Assembly: GCA_028714535.1 (NCBI GenBank)
Contig: JAQTME010000001.1
Location: 69,955 to 133,954 of the forward strand
DNA: 64,000 bases
Direction: 5' to 3'
DNA from: Candidatus Iainarchaeum sp.
GTDB lineage: Archaea > Micrarchaeota > Micrarchaeia > Anstonellales > Bilamarchaeaceae
A program made the translations under genes and the position numbers. The notes beneath the pieces were generated by a model. That model was not told the origin of the DNA and searched no databases. It worked only from the letters and a program-made list of their open reading frames with translations. Numbering within the stretch: position 1 is the stretch's first letter; each line of letters starts with the position of its first letter. Shown here one piece after another: positions 55,316-64,000 of the stretch.

Positions 55316-56956
55316 TCACTCGCCGTGCGTCTCGCCGGCCGATTTCGAGGGCTTGCCCCTGAAATCCTTGGCCGCCTTCATGAACTCCACGAAAAGCGGC
55401 CCTGGCGTCTCGAGCCTGCTCTTCAGCTCTATGTGCGCCTGCGTGGCGACGCCGAAGCTGCCCTTCCACTCGGTCATCTCCACGACTCCCTTGGGGTGCG
55501 TGGCTGATACCACGAGGCCGTGGTCTTCCAGTTCCTTGACGTAGTTGGGGTTGACCTCGTACCTGTGCCTGTGGCGCTCGGATACGGTGTCGCTCTTGTA
55601 AGCCGCATGTGCGACGGTCCCGGCATTCACCTTGCAATCATAGGCGCCGAGCCGCATGGTCCCGCCCATCTTTGAAATCTGGTGCTGCTCAGGCAGCATG
55701 TCTATCACCGGATGGGGGGTCTTCTTGTCGAACTCGGTTGAATTCGCGTTCGCAAGGTTGCACTTGTACCTCGCATATTCAACAACCATGAGCTGGAGCC
55801 CCAGGCAAAGGCCGAGATACGGCACCTTGTTCTCGCGCGCGTATCTTATCGCCATTATCTTGCCCTCGATCCCGCGCTCGCCGAACCCGCCAGGGACGAG
55901 TATGCCGTCGTAGGGCGCAAGCACCTCGGCGACATCGCCCAGCTTCTCGAGGTCGCTGGCCTCTATCCAGCCGATCTCCAGTCCGCTGTTGACCGCAGCC
56001 GCACCGTGCACCAGCGCCTCCTTGACGCTGATATAGGCATCCTTCACAGCCGTGTATTTGCCTACAATGGCTATCTTCAGCGGCCTGTCCTTTGGCTGGA
56101 GGATGTGTGTGACGTTCTTGTGCCATTCCTTCAGGTCCGCTTCCTTGTTGGGCAGGTCAAGCTTCTTCGCCAGCTGCGCATACAGCCCCTGCTTCTCCAG
56201 GATGAGCGGCAGCTCGTATACTGTCTGCAGGAGCGGGTCGTCGAACACCGCTTCCTCGGCAACATTGCAGTACAGGCTTATCTTCTTCTTGGATTCCTCG
56301 GTGAGCTTTTCCTGCTCGCGCGTTATTATTATGTCCGGCTGGATGCCGAGGCTCTGCAGCAGCCTCGTGGCCTGCTGCGTCGGCTTGGTCTTCTGCTCGC
56401 CGACGCTCAGGCTCGGGATGTAGGTCAATTGCACGAACGCCATGTTGTTGTGCTCGAAATGCAGCTGCCTAAGCGCCTCTATGAAATATCCGTTCTCCAG
56501 GTCGCCGACCGTGCCGCCGACCTCTATAAGCACGAAATCAGCGTCGTTGTCCCTGCCCACTTTCTGCACCCAGGCCTTTATCTCGCCTGTGAGGTGAGGC
56601 ACGAACTGCACGTCCCTGCCAAGGTATTCGCCCTTGCGCTCCTTCTCTATTATCTTCTGGAACAGCTTGCCCCCGGTTATTGAGCATTCGCCTGGCAATG
56701 ATTTGTTGAGGAATCGTTCGTACGTCCCGAAGTCCATGTCCACCTCGGTCCCGTCGTCCAGCACGAAGACCTCTCCGTGCCTGAACGGGTTCATGGTGCC
56801 GCAATCAACGTTGAGATAGCCGTCGAACTTTATCGGCACGACGTTGAAGCCCCTGGCCTGCAGCAGCTTCGCGATAGAAGAAGTCACTATCCCCTTGCCG
56901 AGCCCGGACATGATGGAGCCGGTAATCACAATGAACTTGGTCTTTTTTTCTGGCAT
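55316..56956 (-). CDS. pyrG: CTP synthase
   Basis: 546 aa. N-terminal synthetase domain (KFIVITGSIMSGLGKG) and C-terminal GATase1 with a Cys nucleophile (GLCLGLQ). Confidence 0.9.
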   Translation of the reverse strand: MPEKKTKFIVITGSIMSGLGKGIVTSSIAKLLQARGFNVVPIKFDGYLNVDCGTMNPFRHGEVFVLDDGTEVDMDFGTYERFLNKSLPGECSITGGKLFQKIIEKERKGEYLGRDVQFVPHLTGEIKAWVQKVGRDNDADFVLIEVGGTVGDLENGYFIEALRQLHFEHNNMAFVQLTYIPSLSVGEQKTKPTQQATRLLQSLGIQPDIIITREQEKLTEESKKKISLYCNVAEEAVFDDPLLQTVYELPLILEKQGLYAQLAKKLDLPNKEADLKEWHKNVTHILQPKDRPLKIAIVGKYTAVKDAYISVKEALVHGAAAVNSGLEIGWIEASDLEKLGDVAEVLAPYDGILVPGGFGERGIEGKIMAIRYARENKVPYLGLCLGLQLMVVEYARYKCNLANANSTEFDKKTPHPVIDMLPEQHQISKMGGTMRLGAYDCKVNAGTVAHAAYKSDTVSERHRHRYEVNPNYVKELEDHGLVVSATHPKGVVEMTEWKGSFGVATQAHIELKSRLETPGPLFVEFMKAAKDFRGKPSKSAGETHGE

Positions 56957-57052
56957 AGGAAAAGTTTTCCCGCAACTATTTTTAATTCGATGGCTTCGGC
57001 CGACATGGCACCGGCTTTCTCCCGCGAGCGAAGCGGGCTAAGGAGAAAAAAA

Positions 57053-57751
57053 TCAGATGCGGTTGAGCGCTTCCTTTATCGTTTCTATGGACGCGTTGCT
57101 CACGATGAGAGGGATGCGCTCGCGCTCGGATATCCTCATCGCCAGTTTGTCCACTTTCGTGGGGTCTATGTTGTGCAGGACGATGGCCGACGGCTTGGAC
57201 GAGCTGACGCGCACGACGACCAGCGGGCTGCGCCCTGTGCTGACGCCGGTGAAGATGAACACGCGCTCGCTCACGTTGCCGTAGAGGTTCTGGAAATAGG
57301 AGAACGGCATGTCGAGTATGACCTTTATGCTGTCTATGAGCGTGTAGCCGTAGATCTTCTTGGACTCTATCAGGTCTGCGTTGGACAGCACCTTGCCATC
57401 GACCAGCTTCACGAAATCCTTCAGCGAAATGGAGCGCGCGAACTCATGGACCTCGAAATATTCAGTGAGCGGCTTCTGCTTCTCGGTCAGCTTCTCTGTT
57501 ATGGTGCCGCCCTTGGCCTTGTCTATGTCAAAAATCGCATTCACGAACCGCTTTATTACCGCGGTGCCCGGCGATTTCCTCCGGTTGCCCTCGTAATCGC
57601 TGATCGTGGAAACGGTTATGCCGAGGTGCCTGGCCAGCTCTACCTGCGATATGCTGAATATCTCGCGCCATTTCCGCATGGTCGCGCCAGGGTCCTCGGA
57701 GAGCGATATCTCGCCGGCGATTTCCATCTTGACCTTTTCCATCAGCAGCAC
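57053..57751 (-). CDS. HTH (XRE-type) transcriptional regulator with an uncharacterised C-terminal domain
   Basis: 232 aa. N-terminal SQVELARHLGITVSTISDYE HTH, then a roughly 150-aa domain with no match I can name. Confidence 0.5.
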   Translation of the reverse strand: MLLMEKVKMEIAGEISLSEDPGATMRKWREIFSISQVELARHLGITVSTISDYEGNRRKSPGTAVIKRFVNAIFDIDKAKGGTITEKLTEKQKPLTEYFEVHEFARSISLKDFVKLVDGKVLSNADLIESKKIYGYTLIDSIKVILDMPFSYFQNLYGNVSERVFIFTGVSTGRSPLVVVRVSSSKPSAIVLHNIDPTKVDKLAMRISERERIPLIVSNASIETIKEALNRI

Positions 57752-57920
57752 CTGGCAAAATGGAAAGACCTGGCCATCAGGCCGGGGCGATTTCCATCTT
57801 GACCTTTTTCCATCATTGAAATATGCGCTCCAAACGCTTTAAATGTATTCGTCTTTTGCCTATGCCCACTTCGTCAGTCTGCCCTGCTGCCGTCGTAGCG
57901 TTTTAAAACAATCCGTGCCA

Positions 57921-58406
57921 ATGCCTATCATGGCATTCAACCTCATAGCCGATTTCTTCAGCATAATCAGCCCATCGCTTTTCTACAATGCGTCAGTGAT
58001 CCTGGTGATAAGCTTCATCTTCTGGGAGCTCCCGCGCTCCGTGAAGCTGATCTCAGAAGAGTACACGAGCGGGCTTTACCCGGACACGGGCAGGGTAATC
58101 GACTTCGGCCTGCTCTTCATAGGGCTGGCCGCCATCGCCTATCTGGTGCTCTTCAACGCCACCGACCGCGTGGTCACGTTCCTCAAGACGCCCGGCATAA
58201 CATCGCTGTTCCTCATCATCATGATAACCGTGCCGCTCCTCATCCTGCTCGGCTTCCTGAAGCGGTTCTTCGGCAGGTTCGATTCGCACAACTCGGTCAC
58301 TGTCTTCCTGGTGCACGGCTTCCTTGATTTCATGCACACGCTGTTCTTCATCTCGCTCGTCGTGCTGGCGGTTCCAGTGGTCGGGTCCCTCCTCATGGGC
58401 CGGTGA
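57921..58406 (+). CDS. polytopic membrane protein, hypothetical
   Basis: About 160 aa with 5 TM helices. The ORF-track start at 57843 adds a Cys/Arg-rich leader that is probably not translated. Confidence 0.4.
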   Translation: MPIMAFNLIADFFSIISPSLFYNASVILVISFIFWELPRSVKLISEEYTSGLYPDTGRVIDFGLLFIGLAAIAYLVLFNATDRVVTFLKTPGITSLFLIIMITVPLLILLGFLKRFFGRFDSHNSVTVFLVHGFLDFMHTLFFISLVVLAVPVVGSLLMGR

Positions 58407-58450
58407 ACGCCTTATAAAATCTTTCCATCAACGTTCCCTGGGGTGTTAAG

Positions 58451-58699
58451 ATGGTCGCAAAAAAGAAGGTCAATGCCGTGAAATCTTCCGATAACTGCAT
58501 GTGCGGCGACGGCTGCCACGCTATGGATTCCTGGCTTCCTGCCTACCTGCTCATATGCTTCGGTGCCCTGGCGCTGCCGATAAACTTCGGCGTCCTGCAA
58601 GGCCTGGAAGTGCTGAAGGCATGGCCGGTGCTGATGATACTGGTCGGCATAGTGCTCGTCGTGAAAATCGAGCTGTGCAGATCCAGGTCCAAAAAGTAG
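58451..58699 (+). CDS. small 2-TM membrane protein, hypothetical
   Basis: 82-aa ORF: Lys-rich N-terminus, CxC…C…H cluster, two TM helices. Confidence 0.3.
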   Translation: MVAKKKVNAVKSSDNCMCGDGCHAMDSWLPAYLLICFGALALPINFGVLQGLEVLKAWPVLMILVGIVLVVKIELCRSRSKK

Positions 58700-58701
58700 C
58701 T

Positions 58702-59478
58702 TCAGAACCCCTTTTCCTGTGCATGCTGCACGGCATTTTTGAAGACACGCAGCCCCAGGGCCTCCTTCACGTTCCCCCTCACCCAGTACGGGCAGTTCTC
58801 AGGGATGTTGAACGCCTCGGGGTGCGGCATCATGCCGAACACGCGCCCTGAGCTGTCGCATATGCCAGCGATGTTCTCCACCGAGCCGTTGGGGTTGTGC
58901 GGGTAGCCCGCCAGTGAGCCCCGTTCATCTATATATTGGAATACGATCTGGTTCCTTTCCTTCAACTGCTTCAGCACATCGTCGTTCGCAGCCACGAACT
59001 TGCCTTCGCCGTGGCGGACCGGGACCAGCATGGCCTCGATGCCCTTCGTGAATATGCACGGCGAGGCCGCGTTCCCCTTCAGTATGACCCACCTGTCCTC
59101 GAAATGGCCGGAGTCGTTGCTTATCAGGCTCACCTTCTGGGCAAAGTCAGGCTCAGGCAGGAGCCCCATCTTCACCATCACCTGGAAGCCGTTGCATATG
59201 CCCAGTATGAGCTTGCCTGATTTCACGAACGAGTCGAGCGGCTCGCGGAGCCTGAATTTCATCTTGTTGCCGAACACCTTGCCTGAGCCGAGGTCGTCGC
59301 CGAACGAGAACCCGCCGGGTATGAACAGCATGTTGTACGTTTCAAGCAGCTTGGGGTCGTCGAGCAGCTTGTTGACGTGGAGGATGTCTGCAGCGCCGCC
59401 GCTCTTCTCTATCGCATATTTGCTCTCGTTCTCGCAGTTTATGCCGTAGCCGGTAAGGACGAGCGCCTTGAGCCCCAT
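58702..59478 (-). CDS. purQ: phosphoribosylformylglycinamidine synthase subunit PurQ (glutaminase)
   Basis: GATase1 with LILGICNGFQ (Cys nucleophile) and a C-terminal HPE. Start at MGLKALVL (59478); the longer ORF-track extension is rejected. Confidence 0.85.
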   Translation of the reverse strand: MGLKALVLTGYGINCENESKYAIEKSGGAADILHVNKLLDDPKLLETYNMLFIPGGFSFGDDLGSGKVFGNKMKFRLREPLDSFVKSGKLILGICNGFQVMVKMGLLPEPDFAQKVSLISNDSGHFEDRWVILKGNAASPCIFTKGIEAMLVPVRHGEGKFVAANDDVLKQLKERNQIVFQYIDERGSLAGYPHNPNGSVENIAGICDSSGRVFGMMPHPEAFNIPENCPYWVRGNVKEALGLRVFKNAVQHAQEKGF

Positions 59479-59533
59479 GGATATACCGTCATGCTCAAGT
59501 AATAAAAAGCAGAGCGCCATTATGTACGGTGAT

Positions 59534-59758
59534 ATGATGAGGGTGCTCTTATTGCTGGTCGCTGTCCTGCTGCTGCTCGCCGGATGCGCCCAAATCGCCC
59601 AAAGTGCATTAGGGGAACTCGGGACGTGCATGGGCAAGTGCCAGCAGCTCTGCGGCCTGGCCAAAAACAACAGCATGGACCTCGGCGGCTATGATGTCGG
59701 TCTTTCCAAGTCGAGCGGCGGCATGAAGGTGTCATGCAGCTGCATGTGCCCGCCATAG
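59534..59758 (+). CDS. small Cys-rich secreted lipoprotein, hypothetical
   Basis: Lipobox LLLAGC; about 8 Cys in 55 mature residues (…CMGKCQQLCG…SCSCMCPP*). Confidence 0.35.
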   Translation: MMRVLLLLVAVLLLLAGCAQIAQSALGELGTCMGKCQQLCGLAKNNSMDLGGYDVGLSKSSGGMKVSCSCMCPP

Positions 59759-59907
59759 CGCTTCAACCAGCCTTCTCCAACAAGCCATTCCATCAAGCAG
59801 TGGACGCACACGCTGGACCGCCTGGCGAAGCGGCTCGTGCTCAGCAAGGAACTGCGCCAGTTCCAGGACTTCAAGGCAAAAGACCTCGTCCAGTGCCTGC
59901 CGCAGAT

Positions 59908-60282
59908 CTAGACCTTCTTCAATCCCTTTATCCCGTCGAAATCAGACGGCTTCTGTGCGAAAAGCAGCGCATCGTTCGCCATGCATATGGCCGCCGTCAG
60001 GACTATCTCGCTCCGCTTCCCCGCGTTCCCCTTCTCCTCGAGCTCGCGGTTTATCGCCGCGGCTATCTGCGCGGCCTTGCGGTCGAACGGCAGCACGTTG
60101 ACGCCGTTGGCGAACGCGCTCACCACCTCGGGCTTGTTTATGACCTCGATGATGTGCAGCATGGTGAAGCTTGTGATGCACATCTCCTCGCTGTCCGCGT
60201 AATACCGCATCTTCTCCACTGTGGCCTTTCCACCGTGCAGGAAATCGAGCGCCGTCTCAAAATCAAGGCATATCTTCTCCAT
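59908..60282 (-). CDS. vapC: PIN-domain ribonuclease toxin VapC
   Basis: 125 aa from MEKICLDFETALDFL. Conserved acidic residues spaced as in PIN (D at β1, …D…TAAICMANDALLF…). Its start overlaps the stop of the upstream antitoxin gene. Confidence 0.6.
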   Translation of the reverse strand: MEKICLDFETALDFLHGGKATVEKMRYYADSEEMCITSFTMLHIIEVINKPEVVSAFANGVNVLPFDRKAAQIAAAINRELEEKGNAGKRSEIVLTAAICMANDALLFAQKPSDFDGIKGLKKV

Positions 60283-60286
60283 GATG

Positions 60287-60505
60287 TCACCTGTTCCATG
60301 CGTAGACCCTGCGGACCTTCTCCATGGCCCGCCTGTCAACGTCCATCTCATTTATGCTGCCGGCGAGCGCGATTATGTTGCGGTTCTCATCGCGCCTCTG
60401 CTTGACCAGGTACCTCAAAATCTCGCTGAAGCTCATATTCTTCGATCTTTTCAGCTGGTAGAGCTCAGCGTATATATCATCCATTATTGTGATGACCTTG
60501 ACCAT
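60287..60505 (-). CDS. vapB: VapB-type antitoxin (archaeal ISDDxYxxL…SFSEVI family)
   Basis: 72 aa. MVKVITIMDDIYAELYQLKRSKNMSFSEILRYL matches the common archaeal PIN-associated antitoxin family. Confidence 0.55.
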   Translation of the reverse strand: MVKVITIMDDIYAELYQLKRSKNMSFSEILRYLVKQRRDENRNIIALAGSINEMDVDRRAMEKVRRVYAWNR

Positions 60506-60550
60506 TCCAATCCCCCATTATACACTAAAATGCGGGTTTTTGCCTGCATA

Positions 60551-60564
60551 AGTAAATGCATTTA
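60551..60564. promoter_or_regulatory. 14-bp perfect palindrome, candidate VapB operator
   Basis: GTAAATGCATTTAC lies 46 bp upstream of the vapB start in the AT-rich vapB/ftsZ divergent region. Related half-sites (ATGCATTT) recur at about 60625. Confidence 0.35.
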
Positions 60565-60754
60565 CCAAATACATTTATATGTTTGACCTCGTTTTTCGCC
60601 ACTTTGTTTCTTTTGGGCAACATTTATGCATTTTTTCTTCCGCCGTAAAAGCGAATCTATTTAAACCGCCAAACACCGTCAATTAGTCCACGCATTTCCT
60701 CAGGAAATGATGATGAAAATATGAAATAAAGGCGACCAAAAACAAGGTGAAAAA

Positions 60755-61840
60755 ATGGACGACTTGGTAAGATCTGTAATGGGGGAGAATACGCCGCAGG
60801 AGAAGCAGTCTTCTTCAGAGGCGCTGAGCTCGGAGAGCATAAAAATCGTGACCGTCGGCGTAGGTGGTGCTGGCAACAACACCATCAACAGGCTGATCAA
60901 GTCCGGAGTGAAGGGCACCGACCTGGTTGCCATAAACACGGACAAGCAGCACCTGAACATCGTCCACGAGAGGGCGAAGAAGGTGCTCATCGGCCGCTCT
61001 GTCACAAAAGGCCTTGGCGCAGGAGGCTACCCGGATGTGGGTGCCAAATCGTGCGAGGTTGACAGGCCGTTGGTCGAAAGGGAACTCGAGGGAGCACACC
61101 TGGCGTTCATATGCGCAGGCATGGGCGGCGGAACCGGCGGCGGTGCCGCACCGGTCGTGGCCCAGATCGCCAAGGAGCAGGGCGCAATCGTAGTCGCCAT
61201 GGTGACCTACCCGTTCGCGCTTGAAAGGGCGAGGAAGAAGAAGGCAGACGAGGGCATCAAGCTCCTCAAGAAATACTGCGACTCGGTCATCATACTGGAC
61301 AACAACAGGCTGGTCCAATTGGTCCCGAACCTGCCGATGGCAGAAGCGTTCGCTGTTGCAGACGAGATCCTCTCGAGGGCGATAAGCGGCCTCGTGTGGA
61401 CCATCACGCAGCCATCGCTGATCAACATCGACTTCGCCGATGTGCGCTCCATCATGGAGGGCGGAGGCGTAGGGTTCATCGCGGTCGGCGAGGGCAAGGG
61501 CAACGACAAGGTCCGCGCAGCTTCCGAGGGCGTCATAAAGAACAGGCTCCTGGACGTTGACTTCGAGGGTGCCAAGGGCGCGCTCATCCACATAACCGGT
61601 GGCAGCGACCTGACGCTCGGCGACGCGATCAAGGCCGGCGAGATGATAACCGAAAAGATGGACGCGGAAGCGAACGTGAAATGGGGCGCGCGCATCATGC
61701 AGAACTACGAGGGCAAGCTTGAAGTGGTTGCCATCGTGACCGGCGTGAAGGGCGCTTCGATCGCGGGCAACTCCATGTCCCAGGACGAGGAGTCCTCCTC
61801 GATACCGGCCTACTCCCAGGACCTCGAAGTCCTCGGCTGA
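60755..61840 (+). CDS. ftsZ: cell division GTPase FtsZ
   Basis: 361 aa. Tubulin signature GGGTGGG (…CAGMGGGTGGGAAP…), T-loops, and a C-terminal acidic tail. Confidence 0.9.
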   Translation: MDDLVRSVMGENTPQEKQSSSEALSSESIKIVTVGVGGAGNNTINRLIKSGVKGTDLVAINTDKQHLNIVHERAKKVLIGRSVTKGLGAGGYPDVGAKSCEVDRPLVERELEGAHLAFICAGMGGGTGGGAAPVVAQIAKEQGAIVVAMVTYPFALERARKKKADEGIKLLKKYCDSVIILDNNRLVQLVPNLPMAEAFAVADEILSRAISGLVWTITQPSLINIDFADVRSIMEGGGVGFIAVGEGKGNDKVRAASEGVIKNRLLDVDFEGAKGALIHITGGSDLTLGDAIKAGEMITEKMDAEANVKWGARIMQNYEGKLEVVAIVTGVKGASIAGNSMSQDEESSSIPAYSQDLEVLG

Positions 61841-61913
61841 AGGCCAGTATTTTTCCTTCTTTTTATTTTCCTTATTTTTCCTATTTTTCCGGCAGGCGAC
61901 CATTTTTTCTCTT

Positions 61914-62417
61914 TCACCTAGCCGGTATGAACAAATTAGCGATGGCCCCATTTACGTTATTGAAACCCCCCTGGTCCAGCACATGGAGATCGCCAGAGCC
62001 AGCCCCAAAAAATTCGCCGACCGTTTCAATCCCCTTCGACTTCAGTTTCTGCAATGCTCCGACGTCTATCCCTGGGCATGTGTCCAGCCGCCTTTCTGAT
62101 ATTGCCCCAGGCAGCCTCATTGCTGAAAGATTGCTGTACCCTCGTATGACTGCTTCAGGGCTGAGCCGCCCCCCACTCCCCTCGGCTTTTTCCACGGCCC
62201 TGCGTTGCCGGCCTAGATTTTCATCCACATCGCGTAAAGTATCCGGGCTCAGTAATCTTGCCATCTTCTTCAAATACGGTGCCACTTCGTCAATCTGCCT
62301 GCGGAGATTCCCGTATTTTCTCCTTTCAGGGCCGATGTACGTCCTTTCTCCCACCCATTCACCTGTTATTATTTGTGGAAGAAAATATTTTAATGCTGCC
62401 GGTACCAACCATCCCAT
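61914..62417 (-). CDS. hypothetical protein with a C-terminal helix-hairpin-helix motif
   Basis: 167 aa. …CPGIDVGALQKLKSKGIETVGEF… fits LxxxPGIGxxxAxxI. The opposite-strand ORF over this region is Ser/Pro-rich junk. Confidence 0.4.
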   Translation of the reverse strand: MGWLVPAALKYFLPQIITGEWVGERTYIGPERRKYGNLRRQIDEVAPYLKKMARLLSPDTLRDVDENLGRQRRAVEKAEGSGGRLSPEAVIRGYSNLSAMRLPGAISERRLDTCPGIDVGALQKLKSKGIETVGEFFGAGSGDLHVLDQGGFNNVNGAIANLFIPAR

Positions 62418-62445
62418 TTATTTCCCTTCCCAGCGTATCATTTTC

Positions 62446-63174
62446 ATGGACCTCAAAATAATCGCCAACCCGCGCAAGCCCTGGGCCAAGGAACTCGCGC
62501 GAGAGGTCTCGTCGGTCCTGAGGCGCGGGCACCGCATCGTGAAGAAGGGCGCGGACGCCACCATCTGCATCGGCGGGGACGGCACAATCCTGTTCGCCAA
62601 CCACCAGCACAGGCTCGAAGGCCCTGTGCTCGGCATCGGCGGCGCGAAAAGCTACGTCTGCCAGCTCAGCAAAAAATCCTGGCGCGGCAAACTCCTCGCC
62701 ATCCTGCGGAAAAACAGGATTGTCAGCACAATGACGCTCGACGCGCACATCGGGAAAAAACGCTACCGCGCGCTCAACGACTTCGTCGTCCACGCGACGC
62801 ATTTCCGCGTCGCGGAAATCCGCGTGGCGACATCATCCGGAAGGAAAAGGCGGCTGTTCTCCTTCGAAGGCGACGGCGTCATCGCCTCAACAGCCCTCGG
62901 CTCTGCGGCCTACGCCTACTCGGCCGGCGGTATTAAAATGGCACCGCTCCAAAGGAAGATCAGCATTGTCCCTATTTGTCCTTACAAGCGCGCGTTTCTC
63001 CCATCCGTGCTGTCGGAAAAAGGCAAGGCGAATATAACTGCAGGCCGGGATTGCGCCTTCATAGTTGACGGAATCTACGTCCGCCGCCTGAAGAAGGGCG
63101 AGGTCGTGCGCATAGGGAAGGGCAGGGACATGCGATTCTTTGAAGGAGTTGGTGTTCATGATTGGCAGGGATGA
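62446..63174 (+). CDS. ppnK: NAD kinase
   Basis: GGDGT motif, NDxxV… and a C-terminal DGxxxxTxxGSTAY-like segment (ASTALGSAAYAYSAGG). Start at MDLKII (62446). Confidence 0.8.
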   Translation: MDLKIIANPRKPWAKELAREVSSVLRRGHRIVKKGADATICIGGDGTILFANHQHRLEGPVLGIGGAKSYVCQLSKKSWRGKLLAILRKNRIVSTMTLDAHIGKKRYRALNDFVVHATHFRVAEIRVATSSGRKRRLFSFEGDGVIASTALGSAAYAYSAGGIKMAPLQRKISIVPICPYKRAFLPSVLSEKGKANITAGRDCAFIVDGIYVRRLKKGEVVRIGKGRDMRFFEGVGVHDWQG

Positions 63175-63472
63175 GATACTCAGGCGCGGCTTCGTTGACG
63201 TCAAGGTCTTCGTTTCAGGCCTGCGCCAGTCGCACAGGCTCACCATAGAAAGGGAACGGATGGCCCAGGGCCTGGTCCCGTTTCTCGTGTGCAAGCACTA
63301 CATACCGACGCCAGAACTGCTCAGGCTGTCCGAAGAGCTGCAGCTGCCCGTGAAATGCAGGGACGTGCGCGTCTTCCCCAGGGGAAAGATGGCCGGCGAC
63401 TTCGCAGAGAAAGTGTCCCCGCTGCTGGCCACGGCCGAAGCAGACACTGTGGAAGCTGAATTGGAGGAATAG
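63158..63472 (+). CDS. hypothetical protein
   Basis: 104-aa ORF (MIGRDEIL…) overlapping the ppnK stop. No family recognised. Confidence 0.3.
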   Translation: MIGRDEILRRGFVDVKVFVSGLRQSHRLTIERERMAQGLVPFLVCKHYIPTPELLRLSEELQLPVKCRDVRVFPRGKMAGDFAEKVSPLLATAEADTVEAELEE

Positions 63473-63475
63473 GCA

Positions 63476-64000
63476 ATGGCAGCCGGGCGGGCAGTGAGAA
63501 TCCCTGCGGGCCAGGCAATCCTCGAAGGCAATCTCGTTATCCCAAAGGGCGCAAAAGGCCTCGTCATCTTCGCACATGGGAGCGGAAGCTCGCGCCTGAG
63601 CCCGCGGAACATGTTCGTTGCAGGCGAGCTGCAGAAGCGCAAGATGGCAACGCTCCTTTTCGACCTTCTCACAGAGCAGGAGGACCAGCGCTACGAGAAC
63701 CGCTTCAACATCGAGCTTCTCGCCGGGCGGCTCATTGCGGCGACTGAATGGGCCATGAGGCGGCCTGAGAGCGGGAAACTGAAGGTAGGCTATTTCGGCG
63801 CCAGCACAGGGAGCGCTGCCGCGCTCATTGCGGCAGCGAAGATGGGCGCAGGCATACGCGCAGTGGTCTCGCGCGGCGGCAGGCCTGACCTCGCCATGCA
63901 GGCGCTCCCTTTCGTGGATGCGCCGGTGCTTCTGATAGTTGGCGGAAACGACCACGAAGTCATAGGGATGAACGAAACCGCGTTCGCCCGGCTGAAATGC
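63476..64000 (+). CDS. dienelactone-hydrolase-like alpha/beta hydrolase (partial, continues past the window)
   Basis: …LVIFAHGSGSSRLSPRN… and GxSxG-type nucleophile elbow YFGASTGSAA. No stop before the window end. Confidence 0.5.
   Translation, partial: MAAGRAVRIPAGQAILEGNLVIPKGAKGLVIFAHGSGSSRLSPRNMFVAGELQKRKMATLLFDLLTEQEDQRYENRFNIELLAGRLIAATEWAMRRPESGKLKVGYFGASTGSAAALIAAAKMGAGIRAVVSRGGRPDLAMQALPFVDAPVLLIVGGNDHEVIGMNETAFARLKC

Noticed and set aside
58702-59676. 324-aa version of purQ with a 66-codon N-terminal extension
   Set aside because: The extension is hydrophobic/Ser-rich and not part of any PurQ. The conserved PurQ N-terminus begins at MGLKALVL (59478).
60815-61951. 378-aa minus-strand ORF covering ftsZ
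   Set aside because: Antisense of ftsZ. Arg/Asp/Leu/Val-rich with no recognisable motifs.
1-64000. CRISPR arrays, rRNA genes, transposases, integrases
   Set aside because: I scanned the intergenic regions for short regularly spaced direct repeats, rRNA-like conserved blocks and DDE/tyrosine-recombinase motifs and found none. The only RNA gene found is tRNA-Val at 55184-55256.

Overview
This 64 kb window is a high-GC (about 60%) chromosomal segment that is clearly archaeal. It encodes Pelota, aIF5B, PCNA, FtsZ, archaeal-type PheT beta, TrpRS, an SpeH-like pyruvoyl decarboxylase, a UbiA prenyltransferase, ADP-forming acetyl-CoA synthetase, split transketolase plus rpe plus transaldolase, ATP-type PEPCK, PurF, PurQ, PyrG, NAD kinase and one tRNA-Val(GAC). 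Gene density is high on both strands and many genes overlap by 4 bp. Lipobox-type signal peptides (LAGC, MAGC, TTGC, MGC) are frequent. I cannot assign a lineage with confidence; it is euryarchaeal-like and possibly Thermoplasmatota-like. I saw no rRNA, no CRISPR array and no obvious transposase. Signals that stand out:
(1) Five small secreted, mostly Cys-rich proteins scattered across the window share a C-terminal tripartite signal (Cys, hydrophobic helix, RR/KK cluster) resembling the CGP-CTERM sorting signal; two tandem paralogs have near-identical 3' nucleotide ends.
(2) A cluster of a 1320-aa Ala-rich cytoplasmic tandem-repeat protein, a translationally coupled small HEAT-like protein and two divergent CheY-like receiver paralogs (one lacking the phospho-Asp).
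(3) A PrsW-family membrane protease translationally coupled to a Rad50-like zinc-hook ABC ATPase with no Mre11 nearby, preceded by a membrane protein plus XRE regulator under a perfect 22-bp palindrome.
(4) An NMT1/THI5-type ABC importer operon ending in a radical-SAM-like protein with a non-canonical Cx10CxxC motif.
(5) A 1063-aa membrane-anchored fusion of two alkaline-phosphatase-superfamily domains divergent from the UbiA gene.
(6) A roughly 360-bp AT-rich cassette bounded by imperfect terminal inverted repeats around a 100-aa ORF.
(7) An AT-rich island abutting the tRNA-Val gene.
(8) A P-loop kinase fused to dCMP deaminase.
(9) A VapBC pair with a palindromic operator in the ftsZ upstream region.
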